A stretch of 64,000 bases of DNA, taken from NCBI GenBank assembly GCA_951406725.2, contig OX597825.1:46810001-46874000 (forward strand). The letters run 5' to 3'. How positions within the stretch are numbered: the first letter of the stretch is position 1; every line of letters begins with the position of its first letter. The position numbers and the translations under genes are program-made. Below the pieces are notes generated by a model. It ran no database searches and was not told where the DNA came from. It saw only the letters and a program-made list of their open reading frames with translations. Source of the DNA: Octopus vulgaris (taxonomy: Eukaryota). Positions 12,401 to 23,866 of this stretch are shown here, piece by piece.

Positions 12401-13869
12401 CCACCTTAAGAGAAATATAAGGGTGGAAGGAAATTGCCTATCACATGATGTATATGGAAGGAGATGGAAGGCTGTGGTGAGTTTGTTGAGAATGAATGAA
12501 CCCACATTGTGTATCCATGAGGTTATACTAAAGGTTACAGTGGTAGCACAGGGCTTGCGAGGTCGAAACAAAACCCGCCCCTAATTCATTGTATGCGTAT
12601 TTGTTTGTTTATCATTTTCTATCATCCGCTCTATCTAAATTTTTAACCTTTCATTTCTTTGTAAAATAATTCACACTATCGTCCCCTCTATGTTTGGTCC
12701 CAGGTGGGGAATAAAGAAATTGATGCTACACCCTCTCATACGTTCTGCTTTCACTACGGTGAGATAGAAATTCGCAGTTTGCGGTCCTTTGATCCTTGTT
12801 CCTATACCTGTGCTAAGCAAATTACAAAACTTGACATATCGATCTATTCTATTTTAATAAATAGCTTTTTATTAAATGTAATTCAATCCAGAGTCTTTAT
12901 TTAAGGCGTTTACAAAATAAATTTTTGTCCATATCTCTTAGAATGAATAAAAATCATTTGTATCTTATAAAAACTGATTCTAGCTATAAGTTAACACTTC
13001 TTTTATTCAGATATGACTTTTCTAATGAAGACTAAAACATTTTCAATCAGTACTGAAATATTTAATGGAACAGTTTTGTACACTAATAATATAAGTTGTT
13101 GTTCACTTTTCTATCGATTTATTGAACAAAAGTCTCCTTCGAAAGTATACTATTGTTTTTTCTCATTACTAACATGTTCCACAAAAAAGGAGTGTCGTTG
13201 GTAACTAAGGTGTATCCGTGGTAACAAACATTCCCTCATAGATTTTATTACAAACTAAATAGTAAATATTTGATTTTTCCCTATTGCGTCGAAAGTAACC
13301 GGTTTCACAGCTCCTGCATCTTTACTTTCATATGTAAAGTAAATAGTTAATTAACCAATTAAGATATTCAATCATTATTTTGTTGTTCGTTTGTAACGTC
13401 TAGTTATAAAAGCTATTTAACAGCTACATCTAAATGTGAGTATTGTTTAAAGAAATAAGAATATATCCTTTTCTAAATATTTCGTCACGTTTAATATTAT
13501 GCCATTAACAATAAAATTGAATATTTTGTATACACAGATTCCAATATACATACACGTATGCAAACATGCACAATGCATACGCAGTGATGTTAGCTCAGAA
13601 ACAATATCAAATAAAATTTCTGCCACTGTCTAATAAATACTATCCCATTATTTTGGTATCTTAGCCAGCCTGATTAAATAGTCGGGTGTGTAAAAATAAT
13701 AACAGAATTGAAACAGAAAAATAAACAATTTGATTTAAAAGACGACTGTAAATTAGAATGAAACTATTACTTCTTACCAGGATCAAAATGATAGGAACAA
13801 GAATCTGGCAGTGTTCGAGTAAGTCCCTAGATTGCGAGTACTGCAAGGCATCCAGTAAAGGAAAATGTC

Positions 13870-14100
13870 ATATCTTTTTCTAAATACCGCTCATACTTCA
13901 CGGTTCCACTTTATTCTAATCACTCGATTATGTTATCCACATCATCTACAATATTGAAACTTTTCCAAAAGTTTCACTAAGTTTGAACTTCTCATCGAAT
14001 GCTTTAATAAATTGTTTCAAATATGCCTTAAAGTTAGCTACCACACATCAAACGAATGACTGGATCAAAGAAATATATACTTTTAGAGATATATCCAATT
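13870..14100 (-). mobile_element. Ancient Tigger/pogo DDE_1 remnant
   Basis: Frameshifted pieces VVANFKAY, FWKSFNIVDDVDNIIE* and VEP*SMSGI*KKI match the Tigger DQGVIANFKAY..FWKS.NI.D...W.EV...M.G.WKK pattern. Confidence 0.5.
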
Positions 14101-15569
14101 TTCATGTCAGAAATGTCATTTAAGTTCAAATGGCGGCTTGTTACTGAATCTAAAAGATGCAATATCTTATTTGAAATATACCTGTCACTGTACCTTTCTA
14201 GAGTAGAGCATGTTTGTAAGTTAGTCTTGGAAAAGGCTCGTAGTTCCCCAAATCTTACACGGCTTATCACAATTAAATAAAACAAAAATTTATAGAGAAT
14301 GATGACATAAAAATGACGATGGAAGCATAACAAAATGGGCAGGCATAACAAAATGTCACATCTAATATATATCATTCCTGAAAATATGTATCACGTGTGT
14401 TGTTTCAAAAATTATTAAAATTCACTCGAGTTTCTGCAAAGGTGGATCTATAGGCTTAATCTTTGAATTAGTGGTTATCCTTCCTTAAGAAGTGTGAAAT
14501 TCTGTAAGCAGAGTATGCTTGCATTTATCAATTCAGAGTTTATGCAAAGCAACTGCCTTATAACTTAACCTATCTTATTTTTATCGAAGTAATATCAACT
14601 CATCTTCACATTTGAAAATCTAGGTCTATTTCAAACTACTGAAGTGTGAGATAATCAAAAATCATTTTCAATTTAATATGTTGAAGTTTTGAAATTGGTG
14701 TATAAAATGAAGATTTAATTCAGATTCTGAACAGTAAAGTAGGAATGAACAAAACATGAAATTGCATTATTGAAAATGGTTCTTAAAAGTACTTTTATAA
14801 TATTTTATCAAATCAATATTGAGTCAATTATATTACTGGCTAGCATTTTGCGCACATATTGGAAAATAGCAATTTTATGAAAAAGATTTGAATTCCTTAG
14901 ACACCGAAGATTCCATCCTAAGAGTGTTTATTTAATATTTTTACATATATTTCTTTAATATTTATATCCGTATTTTCATAAACAATAATTAGGATACGTA
15001 ATTTCATAATTTTTATGTATATAGACATTTTAAAATAAGTCTCGTACTGTATTATAGAATATCTCAGGGGTTTAATACTATTCTGTTCGATTTGAACGTA
15101 AAAAGCAAACAAAACTTACTAAGAAACAGAATTCTAGTTACTTATGAATGCCAGGAGAAATAAAAAAATTAATATTATGCAAGAAAACCCAAGAAATTAT
15201 GCAAGAAATTTGAAAAAAAGCCCAAATTGATATTTTTATATTTGGTTCTGTTAGTAGCAATAATTGTAATATTGAATGAACCAAGTAGTGTCGTTCATAC
15301 GAATTGGGCCAAGTTTAGACAAATAAAGATTAAACAAGAAAATAGATAATTATTATTATCATGGACCTGGATCAGATGAGGCTAAACATACATAAAAGAA
15401 AAAACATCTCAGCCGTGAATATCGCAGTCGTGAATATCTTGCTTTCAGTCATTATGTATTCAAAACGACATTTTAAAAAAACGGTGGCGTGTGACAACCT
15501 GTATATTCGGTTGCTATTTCTGTTTCTGTTACAAAAAGATGCTGTATTCAGAATGTCTACTACTACTAC

Positions 15570-15603
<34 letters not shown>

Positions 15604-15663
15604 TTTCATTAATTGTAGCAACCAAATAGAGAACATGGGAAGTTGTATATAGAAAGAAAAATA

Positions 15664-15880
15664 CTAATACTCTTTTCTACTATAGACACAAGACCTGTAA
15701 TTTGTGTGTGTGTAGGGGAATAGTCGATCACATGACCCCAGTGCGTAACTGGTACATATTTCATCGACTCTAAAAGGATGAATGGCAAAATCGACTTCGG
15801 CGGAATTTGATCTCAGGACGGGCGAAATGCCGCTAAGCATTTTGCCCGGCGTGCCAACGACTCTGCTAGTTTGCCGCCTT
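15664..15880 (-). mobile_element. SINE family B (tail type 2)
   Basis: Same head and core as 8270-8686. Tail GGTCTTGTGTCTATAGTAGAAAAG. Adjacent (AAT)n at 15885-15938. Confidence 0.8.
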
Positions 15881-15897
15881 AAAAATAATAATAATAA

Positions 15898-15938
<41 letters not shown>

Positions 15939-15940
<2 letters not shown>

Positions 15941-16206
15941 GTCCTTTCTATTATAGGCACAAGGCCTGAAATTTAACTGCTACTTAATTTATCGACCCCG
16001 AAAGGATGAAAGGCAAAGTCGACCACGGCGGAATTTGGACTCAGAATGTTGCGGCAGACGAAATATCTATTTCTTTACTACCCACAAGGGGCTAAACACA
16101 GAGAGGACAAACAAGGACAGACATTTGAACTCAGAACGTAATGGCTGACGAAATACCGCTAAGCATTTCACCCGGCATGCTAAAGTTTCTGCCAACTCGC
16201 CGCCTT
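15939..16206 (-). mobile_element. SINE family B, dimeric/composite and internally deleted
   Basis: Head at 16206. Internal tail-1 junction CTATTTCTTTACTACCCACAAGGGG as at ~8455. Terminal tail 2 GGCCTTGTGCCTATAATAGAAAG followed by (ATT)n. Confidence 0.8.
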
Positions 16207-18525
16207 AAGTGTTTTGCAAACAAATAGCACATATAAATGCTACCAGTCGAGAACTTCGCACACTGGGAGCCAGCAAGTGTATAGGGTTTTCAGGAGAGAA
16301 TGCGCGACATTTCGAGGCCTGCCTCGCGACAGCATCAATGCGTACTGCCCCCCCCCCTCACTGATATGAGGCCCCGCTTGCTAGATCAACTGGTAATCAA
16401 ATAAAGCTTAATATTCTTCTAGCCATCGCTCATCGTCTCTTTTTAACCAAATTCAGCTTCTAGCCTTTTCCACTGTAGTTTGGATATCGGTCATGGTGGT
16501 ATTTACTTTACGATGAGTTAGGACCAACGATAACAACAGTCGCCTCACATTGTGTCCAACAGACCCTCTACATCTGACTTCGATTGGAAAATGCTCCGCT
16601 TTCCAGTCTGTGTCATCACATTCCTCGATGAGGTTTACATCTTTAGAGCCCCAGCGGCGTCCATGTTATCTTCATGAGGAGCCGTTAACTCGACTAGATT
16701 TACAACTTTCTTTCACACCACATTAAAATGTCCGTATCTTAAGTAACTGGGATGGGAAATAATCCTTGACATCCTAGTAAATCTGCTGTCACCTTCCAAT
16801 AGCCGTTCCACTTTTCATCGCTCACAGGAATTTTGTTGTTCTTGAAACGGATCCGCTTTCCTGAGCCCACGAAGATAATGAAATTTCTAGTTGGTACTTT
16901 CAACGGTACTTTTTCACTGTTGCTGAGATCAATTTGGTTCTTTATAGCATTGAAGATAACCTTAGGGACAAGATTGTATCTCCATGTATACCTGTTCAAT
17001 GCTAGTGAACAGTTGGAAAGAATATGTTTCAGTGTTCCGACCTTTCCGCATTTGCATATATATCATTCTTTGAGACTTTCTATCCTACTAGATTTGCAGG
17101 TGATGGCAAAACATCATTGGATGAACGAATCAGAAAACTTAGCCGAGATGTGGTCCACCTTCATATCTCATCCCAACTTATTTTCCTCTCAAGAGCATGT
17201 TCCTCCCATCTCGTCATCTGTTCTTGTTGAATGCATTGGATAAAATGAATCTTTCTTCTCTCTGCTTCCCTCGTTTTGACGCTGTTGCTAACAACAGATC
17301 TGTGTTCGTTCCGCATCATACTTGCAAATGGTCTGAATCGATTTGCGCCAAAGCCAAGTCCCTTCCGATGAATTTCCGTTGCACCCACCATATCTCGGTG
17401 CGTAAGAGAAGACTGGATGTCATCAGTCTCTGCTTCTGCTTTCCTCTTCCTGGCCTTTTTTTTACATCTGGTGGATTACGCCTGATTTCCATGTCCTTCG
17501 ATCCTCTCAGCATCATCATCGTTCGTATCGTCCCCAGTTTATATATTTCGACTATTGACGCCAGAGGTAACTGCAACGAGCCTCTTTTACGATAAAGAGC
17601 TGAACTGTTCAATATCCGAGGTAGGACTAACCACTTTCTAATGAACACATCACATTTGAAGTCGTGACAATGCAACAGCGTATATTAAAACTATCCACGA
17701 AAATCGCGGATACAAGCCAAACTGTAAGCACCAAATTTTATATTTACTTGGTAACTTTGAGTCATCAATCGCTGATAATCCAACTTTGGCTTGTTTCATA
17801 ATTTCCATTCTGCGATTCCTATCTGACAATGTTCCAGTATATACTCGCCCCAAGCTCTTGACGGGTTCTTTGACTTTCGGAATGCTTTCTTCAGCTTTTC
17901 GAAACTTGATTTCTTTCTGCACTCCCTTAACAAATGTCATACTACGCGACTTTTTTGCTCTAAATCGCATCCTTGACCATCTCACAAGCTCGTCTAGTCT
18001 CAAGAGGGTACTCTGCATGATTTGCTTGTCTATTGATAGAAGTGTCACGTCATCCATGAAGGCCTTCTTAGGCGATTGTAGATGGGCGATTTGTTCCGAA
18101 AAGTCCACAGCTTTCAAAATCATTTCCATGACTAAGATAAACCACGTGACAGATATCGTGCCGCCAGCAGCAATGCCAGTCTCCAATCGGTGCCAATATG
18201 TTGATCCACACTGCTCTGTCCTCTTCTTACAAGTCTGGTGTATCTTCAAACCTCTCTCGGTTGCAAAGGTCTTACAGCACAGCTTGTCTCCAAAGTTGTT
18301 TGCACTTCGTTCGAATGAATAGCCGTATTCGTGTCCAAGGTCCAATACTGAAGAAAGGAACAATGAAAAGAAGAGACTGAGAGCACCATACTGGCAGCGC
18401 AAGACGAAGCTTTGGCGACGAAGTTTTGTCTTCAAGTTCGAGCGGAAATCCGTAGTACGAACGAGATTCATATAAGCGACCGCTAGACGGAGCTGGGCTC
18501 GCACACGCTCTTCCAACAAGCGCTG
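16207..18525 (-). mobile_element. HERO-like RLE non-LTR retrotransposon, internally deleted
   Basis: N-terminal zinc-finger-like CCKTFATERGLKIHQTC joined directly to RT (WHRLETGIAAGGTIS, AFMDDVT, KSLGR, KIWCLQFGLYPR). Then CKSSRI.SLK.I..C, LNRYTWRYN and the RLE domain with 3' UTR. Confidence 0.8.
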
Positions 18526-18539
18526 TGTCCGCTCCCTCA

Positions 18540-19570
18540 GTTCACGTGTTTATCTCCTTGTAGCAGCATTCCTGTTGGGTTTTTCACAGTGTTTTTGTTT
18601 TAGTTTTGTGCATTTTTGCTATTATTTTATTATAATCAGTTGTGTTAGCCTTGGGTCCTAACAAGGCTGGTGCAAAGGACAGTACTGAGAAAAAGAAAAA
18701 AAGCTGATTACGATAGAATTGAAGAAGGAAATCATTAATAAACATGAGATAGGAGTGCATGTAGTGGACAGAGCACATCAATAAGACCGAAGCACTTCGA
18801 CGATCTACACCATCCTGAAGAAAAAGGATGAGATCAAGGCCGTTACAACAACAAAAGGTGTTTCCAGGCTCTCTAAGCAACGCACATCTGTCCACGAAAG
18901 GATGCAAAAATTGTTTCTCTTGTGGATCAACGTGAAGCAACTCACAAGGTATACGGTTACGGAGGCCATCATCTGCGAGAAAGCACGAGCGCTGTATGGG
19001 GATCTCCTGAAGTAGAACCCTGGAACATCGACGAAGGAGACATCAGCAGATGCATTTAAGGCCAGTCGCGGCTGGTTTGATTATTTCAAGAAGAGGACTG
19101 GTGTTCGTAGCGTCGTCAGGTATGGAGAAGTAGCGAGTTCAGACACGAAAGCAGCTGAAGATTTCATGAGTAAATTCTGTTAGCTCATCGCAGTCGAGGG
19201 GTACATCGCACAACAGGTATTCAACTGTGATGAAACTGGCCTCTTTTGGACAAAATACCCAGAAGAACCCACATAACTATAGAGAAGAAAATACCAGGCC
19301 ACAAGCCTATGAACTCACCCTTTGTGCCAATGCGAGTGGAGACTTGAAGATTAAGCCACTCTTTGTCTACCATTCCGAAAACCCACGAACGTTCAAGTCG
19401 CACAAAATCCTGAGGGGGAAGCTGCAGGTCATGTGGAGGGAAAACGTTAAAGCCTGGGCCGCCAGGCAATTCTTATTCAAATGGGTCAACCTAGTCTTCG
19501 GACCAGCAGTGAAAAAGTACCTTCTGGAGAACAACCTTCCTCTCAAGGCTCTCTCCATCCTCGATAGTGC
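18540..19570 (+). mobile_element. Tigger/pogo transposase remnant, 3'-truncated
   Basis: KKKKLITIELKKEII..STSTIYTILKKKDEIK (psq-type HTH), ICEKARALY..FKASRGWFDYFKKR (CENP-B HTH), QQVFNCDETGLFW, LCANASGDLKIKPLFVYHSENPR. Confidence 0.88.
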
Positions 19571-20935
19571 TCGGGGTCTGGTTCGGTCCAGATCTCCAGG
19601 TGGAGAAGAACTGAGACGAGGTGGCGAGCAAGCCAATCTCACTCAGAAATGGGCTGAGAAAAAGCTATTCCTGAAATGTCGGGCAGAGGTGACGAATGCG
19701 CACATCGTATCTGTCATATACTACCGCTTCACCGTCCTACACTGTTCTGGTTCGCGTCTAACTAAACTGGAAAGCCTACTCTTCTGCTTTCAGTGGAAGG
19801 GACGCGTTCCATTGGTCAGGCGCTCTATTTGCTGTCAACACCCGCTAAATAGAGAGATGCGTATGCCGTGGCTATTGATGCGCAGACATGTGCTGGGACT
19901 GTGGCATCTCCTGCGTTTCCTAGACGGTGAGCAGGTGTGATCACCGTTTGTCTGACACGATTTCCCACAGCTCGTCTCTTTTGTTGAGCTGCAGTCATGG
20001 ATCAAGCGTAGACTCTGGCAACTAGAGTGTCGTCAGACACACACTTCTCTGGAAGTTGGGAAGTGCGGTCGTGAAAGTTCCACAATGGCATTCTATATAG
20101 GGTTAGTGGTAGATAAGTGTGACTATATCCTCGGGGAGACCCTAAGGGTCAACGAGAATGAGCTGGCTGGTTTGTTCCGGAGAACTTTCGGCCGGAGCCT
20201 ATGGATAATTTCCAAAAATCATTGGCTTGGCAATGCTACCACGGAGCACTTGCTATTCGGGATAAACTCTACAGACACGGAAGTGAAGTCAGCTGGGTTT
20301 GCCCGAGATGCGCGCAGAGCGACAAAACCGTTCTGCACGCTCCCGTCCAGAGCCCGAGTATTTCTTGTAGGGTTTATGTCGAACACCAGCTGTTGCATGT
20401 GGGACGGATCCGGCTATCGATTGAGTCTGTTGTGAATATAGTCCTGCCGCCTTCCTTTGACCGGGAAGGGCAGGCTGTTTTTCTTTGCCTGATAGCCTTC
20501 GTGAAAGGGTTTCAGTCTGTCTATCTTCGGACTGAAAGGGCTGAAGATAGACACTTTCCTTTTTGGTCAAGCTCTCATCAACTTTTTCAAGTTACACTTG
20601 GAAAGGAATAGGGGTGGAGAATGAAGTTTTGTCTCCCAGCAATTTTGTTAAAAGTGAGTGAATGTCGCAAGAATGGCCCGAGTGAATTAGCCTACTCTAA
20701 GCATGCGCCTGTTGACAAAGTAGAGAGGGCACTCACCCTGGTGGTCAGGGCGATCGTGGATTTGTGGGGTTTCCACGAGCCGTCCCAGGTATCTCCCACT
20801 TTTGAGGAATTTTGTTATAATCGATTGTTTTTTTATTGTTTACACGACTTTCATGCAACCCCACATTCTATTTGACCTGTACTGTCAACAATGCTTTTCT
20901 TAATGTAAACCTTTTGTGGTTAATAAAGAAATCAA
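19571..20935 (+). mobile_element. Tx1/L1-clade LINE 3' part (copy 2)
   Basis: Homologous to 10180-12720: KLESLLFCFQWKGRVPLVRR, MDNFQKSLAWQCY, CPRC..TVLHA. Ends AACCTTTTGTGGTTAATAAAGAAAT. Confidence 0.82.
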
Positions 20936-20945
20936 AATCATCATC

Positions 20946-20988
<43 letters not shown>

Positions 20989-21023
20989 CTAGTAGTGGTA
21001 GTAGTAGCAGTAGTAGTAGTAGT
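20946..21023. repeat. (AGT)n microsatellite
   Basis: Directly visible. Confidence 0.95.
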
Positions 21024-21361
21024 AAGGCGGCGAAGGCGGCGAGCCGGCAGAATCGTAAGCATGCCGGGATATATACCTAGGGGCATTTCGTCCGTTTTTA
21101 CAATCTGAGTTAAAATTCCGCCGAGGTTGACTTTGCCTTTCATCCTTTCGGGGTCGATTAAATAAATACCAGTTGAGCACTGAGGTCGATGTAATCGATT
21201 AGCCTCCTTCTCCAAAATTTCAGGACTTGTGCCTATAATAGAAAGGGTTATTATTACTATGCTGGCAGAATCGTTGCATGCTGGAAAACAGGCCTAGTGA
21301 CATTTCGTCCGTCTTTATGTTCTGAGTTGAAATTCCGCCGAGGTCGAATTTACTTTTCACC
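21024..21361 (+). mobile_element. Two tandem SINE family B copies (tail type 2; second one partial)
   Basis: AAGGCGGCGAGCCGGCAGAATCG head, core, and tail GGACTTGTGCCTATAATAGAAAG-(TTA)n. Second head/core at 21260-21361. Confidence 0.8.
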
Positions 21362-23864
21362 CTACCTACGACGCTGTTGGGAGGTATGGACCTGCATCTC
21401 CAGGTGGCAAGTTGTAGGCCCACCGTCAACCTTCGTATTCTTTTAGAGCGGTACCGATCAGGTCTATGTGCCTGGTGTTTGACACCATGACAGTGACGTC
21501 GTCTGTGTATGCCAACACGATCCTCTCACGTCCTAGTACGCGCGGGATGCTCTCAACGCCTCCATTAAATACAAAAAGCCATTAAATACAAGAGAGACGA
21601 GACGGGACATCCTTGATCGAGCACATGATGCTGAATGGTTCAGATAGGTAACCATTCACCTAAACTACCGAGCAGATGTCACTGTACATTGATGCGATCC
21701 AGCCACGTAAAACGGGAACAAAACCATCTGCCATGAGAACGGCTGCCGAGTACTGGTGGTTGACCCTATCAAAGGCTTTAGATTGATCCAAATCGATCAA
21801 AGCTCCAACCATGCCAGCTTCATTACTCACTCTGTCTATGATGTGTCTTATGAGGGGGAGGTTGTTGTGGATGGATATGCTTGGGATGGCGCATGTTTGC
21901 ACATCGCTAGTTAGTTCCTCGACGACAACAGCTAACCTATTCACTAGCATCTAAGCCAAAATTTTGACGTTCGTATTTAGTAGCGTTATAGGCCTAAAAT
22001 TTTCGATTGATCCCCCTTGTTTGGGTCCTTTCTCAGAAGTTCCACCACTCCTCGGTTCACAGAACTAGTAATTCTACCGTTGCACCACCAGTTGCGGTAG
22101 ATATCAGATAAAAGGCCACCAAACAAGTCTGGCTTATAATATTAAAGCTCGTAGGGCTGACCGTCCAGACCAGGCGATTTTCTCCCTGTGCAGCCTATCA
22201 TCGCATTCCGTATTTCGCAAGCCCTGGTACCACTTGCAAAGAGTCGTGGCATGCCGTCGAGGTAGATCCATCCTGCATTCCGGACCGTTATTCGTCCCAA
22301 AGAGTTGGGTGAAGTGCCGCTGAAACACCGCACACATCTGCTTGGGCTCAAGTACCGAATTGTTGCTTTGTTGCCACAACGTTGAGCTTATACCACTCGG
22401 GTCCTTCAATCGGCTTTTGTTCCTTCGTTTCCTAGAAGTCGTGCCTTAGCTCTGACAATGCATCCTTCCTGCTTCGCGTTGAAGATTTGGTCCGGGACCA
22501 ATTTCGTCACCGGCACGTCAGTTGCAATGTCTCTCCTAAGCCCCTCTTCTAAGTTCCTAACTAGGTTTCCTTTTATTCTACTTTCTCTATTGCTGAGGCC
22601 TTGCTAAACCTAATCGATTCTATTCTAATTGCTCTTTTGTTGTAGATTAATCCCATTAATGCCCGTTTAACTAATTCGCTAATCCCGTCTCAGTAAACTT
22701 GGCACGCCGGGAGTGACGCGCTCAGCTTCCAGTTACCAGGTCCCTGTCTACGTAGTCCATCTAAGTCGACCGTACAGATCACAAATTTGTGGTCTGTGTA
22801 TTAGTCTTACGATTTTAAAAAGTGGACTATCCTTATCTATTGGTCTTCAAAATATTCTATCTAAATACGACCCGGATGACCTAATGCAGTTTGGCCAGGT
22901 CCATACAGGCACATTCGGAAAATCCAACAGGTACCTGTCAAACAGCTGAAAACGTTTGAGCAGGTTTGCGAAGCTTTTGCACCCCAATCTTCTATCCGCT
23001 AGCCAAACACGATCCAAATGTGGCTCTAAGATAGCGTTCCAGTCACCCATAAGCAATAAAGGACAGGACCTTCCTAGGATAAATCTCCAGACGTCTGAAA
23101 AAGTCCAGCTGCTCTTGTTTATGCTCCTGTCGGAGCATAAAAAGCCACCAGTCTCAAAGCATGCCCGTCGTTACTGCTCACATCCAGGACCACCAACTTA
23201 CCTTCTGGGTCCAGGAAAATAGTTCTTATCTTGAGATTCAGGCCTCTCCGGATTAACTCCACCGTTCCACCTCCCATTCCTGGTTGATATGGAGATAGAT
23301 ATATATCGTATCCAATCAACCGAAAATGGGCATGAAAGCTTGTCTGTCGGAGAGTTTGGTTTCGCTGATAGTCACTACATTGACATTTAGTGACCTGAGA
23401 TTGTTGAGTATATGGCCTTGTTTCCAAGGTGACGCCATAACACGTGCATTTATACAGCCATGTAAAATCAAAGTATAAAAGCGGAAAAGGATACTTACTG
23501 TGATTTAGTTAGCGAGGAGGGAATTCATGTTCCGTCCCCATATATGGATGTTTCCACGAGCAGTTCTTTATGTATTCGTCTATGTAAGTCTTTCTGGAAA
23601 GCCCCTACTCCTTCAGGATATTTTGTCTTGATGATGTTATATCTGTGTTATGATATTTGTACGACTTCAATGTGTGTTGGAGTGTTGTTTTTCGGTGGGA
23701 TAAAGTCGGTGTGTGTGATGTCTGTATGGTTATATATGTGATTCATTAGTGCTTTTTATTATGGGTGTCTAGTCTATTAGTGTTTAGTTCAAAATGTTTG
23801 ACTTTTGCTGGTGTTGAGATATGTGGCCTGAAAGTTGTGAGTGTAAATTGGCTTGTGGTTGTTT
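21362..23864 (-). mobile_element. Tx1/L1-clade LINE (copy 3), decayed ORF1 end and ORF2
   Basis: GCINARV, DPEGKLVVLDV, LMGDWNAIL..SYLDRI (APE); KSPGLDGQPYE, DLDQSKAFDRVNH, LAYTDDVTV (RT). Confidence 0.85.
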
Positions 23865-23866
23865 TA

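Larger units (their letters stand above)
7585..12720 (+). mobile_element. Tx1/L1-clade non-LTR retrotransposon (copy 1), interrupted by a SINE and a mariner
   Basis: ORF2 start MDTLNIGCLNVRGL at ~8168. Further motifs: DPEGRLVVLDV, KSLGLD, KILAEVLAKRL, KAFDRVEH-like, SVCQG..SSLLYVLALEPL, VNDIT, CSRC..HA. The frame resumes after the mariner (LIY|HLKRNIRVE). The element ends AATAAAGAAAT at 12720. Confidence 0.85.

Noticed and set aside
14034-14375. Host membrane-protein-like ORF
   Set aside because: No recognisable family; its 3' end runs into Tigger remnant motifs.
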